Positions 9,611 through 17,168 of a DNA stretch of 23,471 nucleotides are shown piece by piece (the stretch's first letter is position 1; each line of letters starts with the position of its first letter). The translations under genes and the position numbers were made by a program. The stretch is taken from NCBI GenBank assembly GCA_963777155.1, contig CAVZPM010000010.1:1-23471 (forward strand), written 5' to 3'. The stretch comes from Candidatus Bathyarchaeota archaeon (GTDB taxonomy: Archaea; Thermoproteota; Bathyarchaeia; Bathyarchaeales; Bathycorpusculaceae). The notes below the pieces were generated by a model, which did no database searches, had not been told where the DNA came from, and saw nothing but the letters and a program-made list of their open reading frames with translations.

Positions 9611-9626
9611 AAAGAAAAAATAAAGG
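9611..9626 (-). terminator. Oligo(T) archaeal terminator downstream of peptide copy 2
   Basis: Minus strand reads CCTTTATTTTTTCTTT starting a few nt after the TAA at 9630. Confidence 0.5.
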
Positions 9627-9629
9627 TTT

Positions 9630-9683
9630 TTACCAGGTAAAAACGACTGGTTTCTGCACCTTTTTATTTGAAGACTTACTCAT
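9630..9683 (-). CDS. 17-aa small peptide MSKSSNKKVQKPVVFTW, copy 2
   Basis: Nucleotide-identical to 9408-9461, with its own SD-like site, TATA-like box and downstream T-tract. Confidence 0.75.
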   Translation of the reverse strand: MSKSSNKKVQKPVVFTW

Positions 9684-9767
9684 CCTTTCTCACTTCTCCT
9701 GTATCTCGCTAATTGTATATGTGTACAACAAGTCCTTTTAAGCTTTGTGTTGAACAGATATACAGTT
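9630..9767. repeat. 138-bp direct repeat, copy 2
   Basis: See copy 1; offset 222 bp. Confidence 0.97.
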
Positions 9768-9856
9768 GATTTTTGCTATATGAACCCTTAATACTTATTA
9801 AGAAAACACAAAGTTAGTATTAACCTGGCAGCAATCAAACATAGAAGAGCTCTACT

Positions 9857-11203
9857 ATGTGGAAAGCTAAATTACAAGCCGTACCTTCCCTTTTCATAGT
9901 AGCAAACAGCATCTCTTGGTTCTTACTAACTCTTTTCCTCATAATAGACATTCTATACAGTAGTAATCAATTACCATTTGACCAAGTATTAGCAATATCC
10001 GCTTGCTATTTTGGGGGACTAATTCTTTCCTCCATAATTGGCGGTACTCTATTGGCAAAAATATTGTTAAAAAAAAATGCCTTATTAGTTTGGAATATTG
10101 CGGGTGTTTTTTCATGCTTGCTTTTCTATTTCTTCTATTCCCCAACTAATTTAGTTACAACAAGTGCATTATCATTATTACTTAGCTGCTCGATCGGCTT
10201 GGGGATTCCAACTTGTCTTTCACTTTTCGCCACACAATCAAAAACTGAAAAAAGAGGACGTCTTGGGGCAGTTGTTTTCTTCACAATACAGATTCTAGCA
10301 GCATTGATTCTATTACCTCTCGGTGGGGAAGCAATACCGTTTCAGTTTCTAGTCCTGGCTGTGTGGAGGCTGTTATGTATCGGAGGTTTCTTATTTTATA
10401 AACCTGAAGAAAAAAGACCTGAAGAGCAAAAAACTTCACTCTTATCCATTATTAGAGAAAGAAGATTCATTCTTCTATTTTTACCCTGGTTCTTGTTTGC
10501 TTTAATAAATTATATAGAAAACCCCGTTCTGGAACTTGGAATGAGCAAAATAGGACCTGACTTATACAATAATTATGTAGTGATAACTAACGTGATATCA
10601 AGCATAGCTGCCATACCAGCTGGAATACTCTGCGATCTTAAAGGGCGAAAAATAACGGGAATTGCAGGGTTTGTTTTCTTAGGGTTGGGGTACGCATTTC
10701 TCAGCGTCTTCTCAGGTGCAGGAATACTTGCGTACATTTTCTTTATGGTATTTGATGGTATTGCTTGGGGGATCTTATATGTGAACTTTATTTTCGTGAT
10801 TTGGGGTGATCTCTCAGAAGGAAGAAGCAGAGAAAAATATTATGTTCTTGGCGGATTGCCTTTTCTACTTTCAGGTCTAATACAAGTGTTGGTTCAACCA
10901 TTTGCCCAGTACATAAACATAGGTCTTTCATTCTCATTTGCAAGTTTCTTCTTATTTATCGCCATTTTACCATTGGTTTTTGCTCCGGAGTCTTTGTCTG
11001 ACAAAATAATGAAAGAACGAGAACTAAACAGCTACATACAAAAAGCCCTCAACGCAGTTAACAAAACAAAACCAGATGAGAAGAAACAAACTGAGGAAAA
11101 AGAAGACAAGAATTCAGAGCAATCCAAGGGTGAAGAAGACGAAAATAGTCAAGAGACTGAACAAGATAGGAAAGCGCGTGAATTAGCAGAAAAATACTAT
11201 TAA
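9857..11203 (+). CDS. MFS-like multi-pass membrane transporter with a charged C-terminal tail
   Basis: About 12 hydrophobic segments, MFS motif-A-like GILCDLKGRK, EKRGRLGA loop, and PES after the last helix, followed by a Glu/Lys-rich tail of about 70 aa. Confidence 0.8.
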   Translation: MWKAKLQAVPSLFIVANSISWFLLTLFLIIDILYSSNQLPFDQVLAISACYFGGLILSSIIGGTLLAKILLKKNALLVWNIAGVFSCLLFYFFYSPTNLVTTSALSLLLSCSIGLGIPTCLSLFATQSKTEKRGRLGAVVFFTIQILAALILLPLGGEAIPFQFLVLAVWRLLCIGGFLFYKPEEKRPEEQKTSLLSIIRERRFILLFLPWFLFALINYIENPVLELGMSKIGPDLYNNYVVITNVISSIAAIPAGILCDLKGRKITGIAGFVFLGLGYAFLSVFSGAGILAYIFFMVFDGIAWGILYVNFIFVIWGDLSEGRSREKYYVLGGLPFLLSGLIQVLVQPFAQYINIGLSFSFASFFLFIAILPLVFAPESLSDKIMKERELNSYIQKALNAVNKTKPDEKKQTEEKEDKNSEQSKGEEDENSQETEQDRKARELAEKYY

Positions 11204-11228
11204 GCCAGACATTGGTTGATTAAACTTC

Positions 11229-12359
11229 ATGTTCTTCCATGTAATCCTAACCAGTGACTGCAACCTGCAATGTAAATATTGTTTTGGCGAGAGCCTTGAC
11301 GATTTTGACGAAGAATTCGGCGACGACATAGAAGTGGATTACGATTTACCGCGTAAATTGAACTATGATGTGACCTTGCTGGATAACTTCTGCCGCCAAG
11401 ACCCTGATTGTGTTTTGACCTTCTATGGCGGCGAACCTCTACTGCAGATGGATAAGCTAAGGCAAATCATGGATAAAGTATCTCCTAAGTACTACATGAT
11501 GCAAACAAACGGTTTGCTCCTCGATAAACTGGAGTCCAAATATGTCAACCGTTTCCACACAATCCTTGTTTCGATTGATGGACAAGAAACCTTAACTGAT
11601 TCTTATCGTGGCGCAGGAACTTACCGAAAAGTCATCGACAACCTAAAATTGATAAAGAAAAATGGGTTTGCTGGAGAATTAATTGCTCGCATGACTATAA
11701 TGGAGCAAACCGACATAGAAAAACAAGTTAACTATCTCCTGGATAACCCGGACTTTTCGTTTACCTCGATTCATTGGCAACTTAACGCAGGTTTCTGGGG
11801 CAATGATTACCAAAGACGTAACTTTGAAGAATGGACCAAAACAAGCTATATTCCTGGTGTGGAACGTCTGGTGCATTTCTGGGTTGACCAAATACAAAAC
11901 AAAGGAACAGTGCTTAAACTCTACCCAATATTAGGCATAGCCAACTCACTTTTACACCAAGAAAAAGATTGTTTGATGCGTTGTGGAGGTGGCTGGATAA
12001 ACTATGCTATCCAAACTGACGGATACATTATTCCTTGCCCAACCATGTGGGGAATGAAAAAATACTATTTGGGGCATATCAAAGATTCAAACCCGCTTAA
12101 ATTAAACAGACTTTTTGTTAGCGAAAAACCCTGCAGTCACTGCTCAATCCTTGGTGTCTGTGGTGGTAGATGTCTCTACACTAACATAACGAAACGTTGG
12201 ACTGATGAAGCCTACAGTAAAGTTTGCTTTACGGTCTCACAACTAATCAAAGCTGTAGAAAGCGAAATTCCACGCATCCAGATGATAATTAAGAGCGGAA
12301 AAGTCAGGCTGGACGATTTTGACTACCTAAAATATAACGGTGCTGAAATTATCCCATAA
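11229..12359 (+). CDS. Radical SAM/SPASM protein, resembling the AF0577 (TIGR04084) putative peptide-modifying family
   Basis: CNLQCKYC (CxxxCxxC), FYGGEPLL, QTNG and VSIDG. The C-terminal SPASM-type Cys pattern is CGGG...DGYIIPC...CSHCSILGVCGGRC, and the protein ends in AEIIP. The subfamily call is from recognition, not an HMM run. Confidence 0.88.
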   Translation: MFFHVILTSDCNLQCKYCFGESLDDFDEEFGDDIEVDYDLPRKLNYDVTLLDNFCRQDPDCVLTFYGGEPLLQMDKLRQIMDKVSPKYYMMQTNGLLLDKLESKYVNRFHTILVSIDGQETLTDSYRGAGTYRKVIDNLKLIKKNGFAGELIARMTIMEQTDIEKQVNYLLDNPDFSFTSIHWQLNAGFWGNDYQRRNFEEWTKTSYIPGVERLVHFWVDQIQNKGTVLKLYPILGIANSLLHQEKDCLMRCGGGWINYAIQTDGYIIPCPTMWGMKKYYLGHIKDSNPLKLNRLFVSEKPCSHCSILGVCGGRCLYTNITKRWTDEAYSKVCFTVSQLIKAVESEIPRIQMIIKSGKVRLDDFDYLKYNGAEIIP

Positions 12360-12502
12360 TCTTAGATTTTTGATGCTTTTGAGAAAATTTTTAGAACTAT
12401 CTGGATCTTTTGTTTTAAGGTATTTTACTTGGAGAGATCATTCGGACTATTGCTAAGAAGTTAATTACTCTTAAGAGAATTATAACTAAATTGAGCGAGT
12501 TA

Positions 12503-12781
12503 TCATTTATTTTCAGCATTAAAGATCTCTTTGTTTTCGCTTTCTGTTATTGATTTGTTGGTTCTTTGCCAGCGAAGTTGAATCTGCACTCTTTTGATGC
12601 AGCCCTGCTTTTCTAAGGAAATTATGCTACGGTGAACGGAAGCATATTCTTTTGATTTGTACTTTATGATTTTGCCAAAGATCATCTCCGCAATTTCCTT
12701 AGTTGTCATGTCAGGTTTTATCTCTAACATATCTAGAATTCTTTTTTGGTTCTTAGACAGACCGCCCAAATCCCGCATCAC
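12503..12781 (-). CDS. Small winged-helix DNA-binding protein
   Basis: LSKNQKRILDML..MTTKEIAEMIFG..ASVHRSIISLEKQGCIKR fits a wHTH pattern. Confidence 0.75.
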   Translation of the reverse strand: MMRDLGGLSKNQKRILDMLEIKPDMTTKEIAEMIFGKIIKYKSKEYASVHRSIISLEKQGCIKRVQIQLRWQRTNKSITESENKEIFNAENK

Positions 12782-12949
12782 ATCTTAAATCGTTTGAGTT
12801 ATTGCCAATATTAACTTGTTGGGTTGTTTTATATTTGAAGTTCTGGCTGTCATAACATATCAAAACGTGAAATATATGACAAGTACAAAAATGCTAGAGT
12901 TTCTTGTAGATAACGTCTTTTTCTCGTGCTTGCTGCATGATTTTTAATC

Positions 12950-13147
12950 CTACGCTTTGTCCATTTTCGGCTCTTTGGAGTTCTTCGTGATCAATCTACC
13001 AGCATACCTACAGAATTTCACCTCAGCAGTTTTTCTTCTAACATCCGAAGTTGAATCGTCGCCTGTTTGTTCCAAAGCTTTCTTTTTTTCCTCTCCAACA
13101 TCGAAGGCTCCTTTCTCGCCATTATCTGAAAAAGATTTTACCTCCAA
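12950..13147 (-). pseudogene. Possible decayed gene fragment (degenerate zinc-ribbon-like end)
   Basis: Charged ORF with EVKFCRYAG, which resembles a KFCxxCG zinc-ribbon half-site that has lost a Cys. No convincing start. Confidence 0.25.
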
Positions 13148-13320
13148 AATGCCATAAAATACTCATTAAAAAAATAAAATGGAAAAGTCACCATATTAAC
13201 CTGAGTGACTTCATCTGCAACAGAAAAATATGAAATTAGAAATTCAACTGCGATTTCTCACTAAACTTCTTATTTCTACTATCAATAATATGTCGAATAT
13301 TTCAAGAGGCAAGAGCTGGA

Positions 13321-14691
13321 TTAGTTTTTTGTTTTTTTGATGGGCAATGATATGGTAAATCTTGTTCCTTTGTTAGGTGAACTTTCGACGGCAATTTTGC
13401 CTTCATGTGCTTCTATCATGCGTTTACAAATTGCTAATCCAAAACCCATCCCTTGCGCTTTTGTAGTAAAGAGAGGCGTAAAGATTTTTCCGATGACATC
13501 TTCAGACATTCCGATGCCATTGTCAGCAAATAAAAAATCAACCATTTCACTATTTTCACTGCTACTTATCTCAAGGGTTCCACCATTAGGCATTGCATCA
13601 AAAGCATTCTTAATGAGGTTTGTAAACACTCGTTCAATTTTGTTGGCGTCCACCCAAATAACCGATTCACTGGGAATCTTTTGGATTATTTTGACATTAC
13701 TGGGTATCTTTATTGAGAGCAACACATAGTTTATCAGAGATTTGGGCGAATACTCTTCGAGGTCTAAATGGATTTCACGGCTAAAATCGAGCAAGTCAGC
13801 AACGATGCTATTTGCGTGGTCAACTGCCCTTTCGATGGTGGTGAGCATTTCATAACTGGTTTCGTCAATATTTGACCCTTGTTTTTTTCTAACAAAATAA
13901 GTGGCGTTCTTAATTGCAGCAAGCGGATTGCGAAGGTCATGACCAACCATACCCGCCATCTCGCCTACAGTAGCTAACCGCTCGGACTGGATAAGACGTG
14001 ATTGAGCCTCGACTAAGTCTTTGGTTCTTTCTACAACCAGCACTGATAATTGATCTGCATGTCGTTGTATTTCATCCTGCAAAGCTTTGCGCTGAATAGT
14101 TTCGCGGTAGGTACTTTTACGATAGGAATGCATCCGCCAAGCGCTAAAGGCAGCGATCAAATTCGCTACGAGCATGCTGAAAATAAGTGTATAGACAACT
14201 GATGCAGTCGCATTGTTTGATGGGTTAAGAATAATTATTGATTCACCAATTGAGGCTAAGGAAGCCAAAAAAACTTGGTACTTAAATTTGAATGGAACAA
14301 CCAGATAAAGAACGAACACGGACACGATTGTTATTACGCAACTGATGACAAAGTTCGAGGGGCGGGTAGCGTTAATGATTCCTCCACCGATAGTAATTGC
14401 AATCACTGACCAGAATATGATTTTATCATATGATCTGTAGTTTTTTACTCTTCCAATATAAATGAACTCTAAAACGATTACAAGTAAGAGCCCGAGTCGA
14501 ATAGAAACTAGTCCATAAAAAATGTTTGATAGCCCAAAAAAAATGTAATCGTTAAAGACAAAGCCAACCAGGGGAATTACAAACAGCAAAATTGCTACTC
14601 TTGACTGAAGAATATCAGCTTTGAGGTATGACTCACGATAGCCTCTTTCTTGGTCTTCCTTTTCTACCCCTGAAATTGGGTTATCCAACAT
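13321..14691 (-). CDS. Membrane-bound sensor histidine kinase (about 5-6 TM helices + HisKA + HATPase)
   Basis: H-box MVGHDLRNPL, N-box NLIKNAFDAM, G1 DNGIGM, F-box IFTPLFTTK, G2 GMGFGLAIC. ATG at 14691 is preferred over GTG at 14709. Confidence 0.95.
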   Translation of the reverse strand: MLDNPISGVEKEDQERGYRESYLKADILQSRVAILLFVIPLVGFVFNDYIFFGLSNIFYGLVSIRLGLLLVIVLEFIYIGRVKNYRSYDKIIFWSVIAITIGGGIINATRPSNFVISCVITIVSVFVLYLVVPFKFKYQVFLASLASIGESIIILNPSNNATASVVYTLIFSMLVANLIAAFSAWRMHSYRKSTYRETIQRKALQDEIQRHADQLSVLVVERTKDLVEAQSRLIQSERLATVGEMAGMVGHDLRNPLAAIKNATYFVRKKQGSNIDETSYEMLTTIERAVDHANSIVADLLDFSREIHLDLEEYSPKSLINYVLLSIKIPSNVKIIQKIPSESVIWVDANKIERVFTNLIKNAFDAMPNGGTLEISSSENSEMVDFLFADNGIGMSEDVIGKIFTPLFTTKAQGMGFGLAICKRMIEAHEGKIAVESSPNKGTRFTISLPIKKTKN

Positions 14692-14869
14692 CTTAGCGCT
14701 CTCTCGCACAAGAATCTGCTAAGAGGTATTTGTGATTTGCTCCAATTCAAAGGAGTAAATTCAATTGATAGAGCGTAGTTCTTTGCTTCACTATAGAGTT
14801 TGTCCGGCAAGGATCATACGACAACTTTCTGTATCATTAACACATCTGAAAACGGTAATGGTTGGGCGG

Positions 14870-15130
14870 TCACTGAAAAGTCGGTGAGTGAAGCTTTGCC
14901 TTCATTGAAGAAGGTGCCATTGGGTATTGGTCCCGATTACAAGTTTGACCAGCATTATAATACCGCAACAGCATAATCCCATCGAGTAATAAAATTTTTG
15001 ATTTTCGATGTCTTCTAAACAGTAACGATGAAGCGGCTATGGCTACAAATGGTATTACAATGATGCCAATAATAGTTTTAGTAAGCGTATTAAGCTCTAT
15101 TGGCGCCGAGTACGTTATAGAAGAATGCAC
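14870..15130 (-). pseudogene. Possible remnant of a C-terminally anchored surface protein
   Basis: One TM helix followed by a basic stop-transfer stretch (IIGIIVIPFVAIAASSLLFRRHRK), typical of archaeal surface-protein C-termini. The upstream frame is interrupted. Confidence 0.3.
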
Positions 15131-15439
15131 AATGACTTTAACAGTGTTGGGAGAATCGGTTAAGAAAATTTCGCTTTTCCAAAGAGCTACGTTGACGATG
15201 TGCTACCCAGTGCTAAGGATGCGTCGGTTTTTTTTTCTAAATACGTCAAAGTTAATGTCTGAAATTACGAGCGTGACTTAGCTGACCTGTTTCTCATAGA
15301 GTACGTTTCTGTCAACTTGATGATTTGGTAGCTTCTGCTTTGGGCGTTGTTTCTCATTGCCAAAATGTGTTAATTATCTCTTCCTCGGTTTTGGGGTAGA
15401 TAGGTTTTTTATTCTCGGTTGGGAAGCATGTATCCACGT

Positions 15440-15518
15440 GGGGCCGTCGTCTAGCATGGTTCAGGATACATGCCTGGGGCGTATGCGATCCTGGGTTCAA
15501 ATCCCAGCGGCCTCACCA
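15440..15518 (+). tRNA. tRNA-Pro(GGG), intronless, CCA encoded
   Basis: Acceptor stem GGGGCCG/CGGCCTC, D-arm GTCTAGCATGGTTCAGGAT, anticodon arm CATGC-CTGGGGC-GTATG, T-arm CTGGG-TTCAAAT-CCCAG, and an ACCA end. Confidence 0.95.
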
Positions 15519-15586
15519 CTTCACTCACGCACATAAAGAGACAAAACCACTTCAGCATTTTTGCGTGCAAAGACCGTCTGCTCTGT

Positions 15587-15620
15587 TCTGGTTGTAGAAC
15601 GTGCCTGTTCTATAACCAGA
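15587..15620. promoter_or_regulatory. 34-bp inverted repeat, putative operator
   Basis: TCTGGTTGTAGAAC-gtgcct-GTTCTATAACCAGA has 14-bp arms with 13/14 matches and ends 36 nt before ATG 15657. Confidence 0.6.
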
Positions 15621-15656
15621 GCTAAATGCATCTTTGCCCTAAAGCAAAGCAGGGAC

Positions 15657-16688
15657 ATGAAGATGAATCTGCATTGGAAGCAAATCTTGGTCGCCGTGCT
15701 CGCGATTTTGGCAGGTTTAGCGTTGGCTACTCCACTTCTAATCTCGCATGTTGTGCCTGTTGTTATAACTGTTCAGGGACCGAAAGCCGATTTAAGCCTC
15801 GACCCCGTCTACGCCAGCTTCACTGTACAGCCCGCCAATGCGGATATGGCGCTTCCAGACTGGTATGACAGAAACCGTGACGGCGTCCCCTCGCAGATTT
15901 CATACAACGTTGTTTTGAATGTAACAAACAACTCAAACGAAACTGCCCTGGTGGATTTGCTATACATCAGTGCAGGTCCTACTTATGTGCCTGGTCCAGT
16001 AACGTGGACACCCCCCAAATCAACAATCGAGCGAACTGTCGAAGGCGTGTATCTTGACGGTAAATGGGTTAACACCACCTGGATACCCTCTAATCAGTCA
16101 ATAGTTGGAGGCTACTGGCGCCAAGGTGTGGACGTCCAAAGCGTCTACATGAAGGGAAACCTGACCCAAACATACATGCGCATCGATGGCCAATGGGTTG
16201 ACGTTACAGGACGCGTTACAGTGCCGGGACAGGAACAATCAATCCCCGACGATCGAATTACTATGCTTGGCCCCTTTATGACAGAAAGCCTCAGCTTTAC
16301 CCCAGGAAATTCTAGTATTTCACAGACTGATAGTTATGCAAGTGTTCAAGTAAACAGTGGGAAAGATGGATTCAACAATTTCTGGGCTCCAAACCAATCG
16401 CGCCTGATAATGCTAAACGGCACCGTATTCGCAACCGCTCGCAACATCGCAGACTTGAAATTAACCCCAACCTACCTGCACCTCCAAGTCTCAGCAATGC
16501 TACAGCAAAGCTACGCTAACACTGACCCCACTCGTTTTATCGATACCTCTTCCCTGCGCAACCAACTCTGCCAAATCCAGCTCACTCCAAACAACAACCG
16601 CTATGAATACAATATAGCGTTAACAGCCAACCAGACATTTCAGCCCGACCAGTTCGGAGTAGAAGCGTTCATAGAAAACCGGAGTTAA
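15657..16688 (+). CDS. Secreted or N-terminally membrane-anchored beta-rich protein of unknown function, probably N-glycosylated
   Basis: N-terminal hydrophobic helix (KQILVAVLAILAGLALATPLLI), a Thr/Asn/Val-rich body and many N-x-S/T sequons (NVT, NNS, NET, NTT, NQS, NLT, NSS, NGT, NQT). ATG at 15657 is preferred over TTG at 15561. Confidence 0.75.
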   Translation: MKMNLHWKQILVAVLAILAGLALATPLLISHVVPVVITVQGPKADLSLDPVYASFTVQPANADMALPDWYDRNRDGVPSQISYNVVLNVTNNSNETALVDLLYISAGPTYVPGPVTWTPPKSTIERTVEGVYLDGKWVNTTWIPSNQSIVGGYWRQGVDVQSVYMKGNLTQTYMRIDGQWVDVTGRVTVPGQEQSIPDDRITMLGPFMTESLSFTPGNSSISQTDSYASVQVNSGKDGFNNFWAPNQSRLIMLNGTVFATARNIADLKLTPTYLHLQVSAMLQQSYANTDPTRFIDTSSLRNQLCQIQLTPNNNRYEYNIALTANQTFQPDQFGVEAFIENRS

Positions 16689-16694
16689 ACAGGC

Positions 16695-17168
16695 TTGACA
16701 AACCCAGACATCGAACTCCTCGAAGGAAAAACACTCAACGTCTACGCCTACCTAGTCAAAGAAGACAAACCAATCGGACCCCGAGAAGTAATGCGGGGCG
16801 CAAACCTATCTAGCCCCAGCGTCGCCCACTGGCACCTCCAAAAACTCGAATCCGCAGGTTTACTGGAGAAAAACGCTTATGGCGAGTATATGGTTAAGCA
16901 GAAAGTCAACGTTTCTGGGCACCTTTGGATCGGCAAAACCCTCGTTCCCCGCCTGATTTGCTATGCCCTGTTTTTTTTGGCTATTGTGGCAACTGAAGTG
17001 GCAATCATCTTAACCCAATATGTTTTCCAGAGTAAAGCGCCCGGCATCGACTTAACCTATTTAGCAATCACGAATGCGGTGGCGACAGCGATTTTTTTGG
17101 CTGAAGGGTTGCAGCTTAGAAGAAAAACCCGCTCAGAAACAGCCAAACCAGCAAAGCACAACGCCTAA
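16695..17168 (+). CDS. Membrane-tethered transcription regulator: N-terminal wHTH + two C-terminal TM helices
   Basis: LEGKTLNVYAYL..GPREVMRGANLSSPSVAHWHLQKLESAGLLEK is a wHTH, followed by two hydrophobic helices. It starts 6 bp after the upstream stop codon. Confidence 0.85.
   Translation: MTNPDIELLEGKTLNVYAYLVKEDKPIGPREVMRGANLSSPSVAHWHLQKLESAGLLEKNAYGEYMVKQKVNVSGHLWIGKTLVPRLICYALFFLAIVATEVAIILTQYVFQSKAPGIDLTYLAITNAVATAIFLAEGLQLRRKTRSETAKPAKHNA

Noticed and set aside
9408-9767. CRISPR array or IS/MITE interpretation of the 138-bp repeat
   Set aside because: There are only two units, far longer than CRISPR repeats, with no cas genes, terminal inverted repeats, target-site duplication or transposase. 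The boundaries match a mini-gene instead.
13138-13194. Second small ORF with near-terminal Trp (MVTFPFYFFNEYFMAFWR, minus strand) downstream of the kinase
   Set aside because: It is single-copy, lies in low-complexity T-rich sequence, has no clear SD and does not resemble the duplicated peptide. It is likely chance, though worth rechecking in homologous loci.
15268-15357. 30-aa minus-strand ORF with a repeated ATGAGAAACA 10-mer, divergent from the tRNA
   Set aside because: The repeat is short, and there is no SD or homology evidence.
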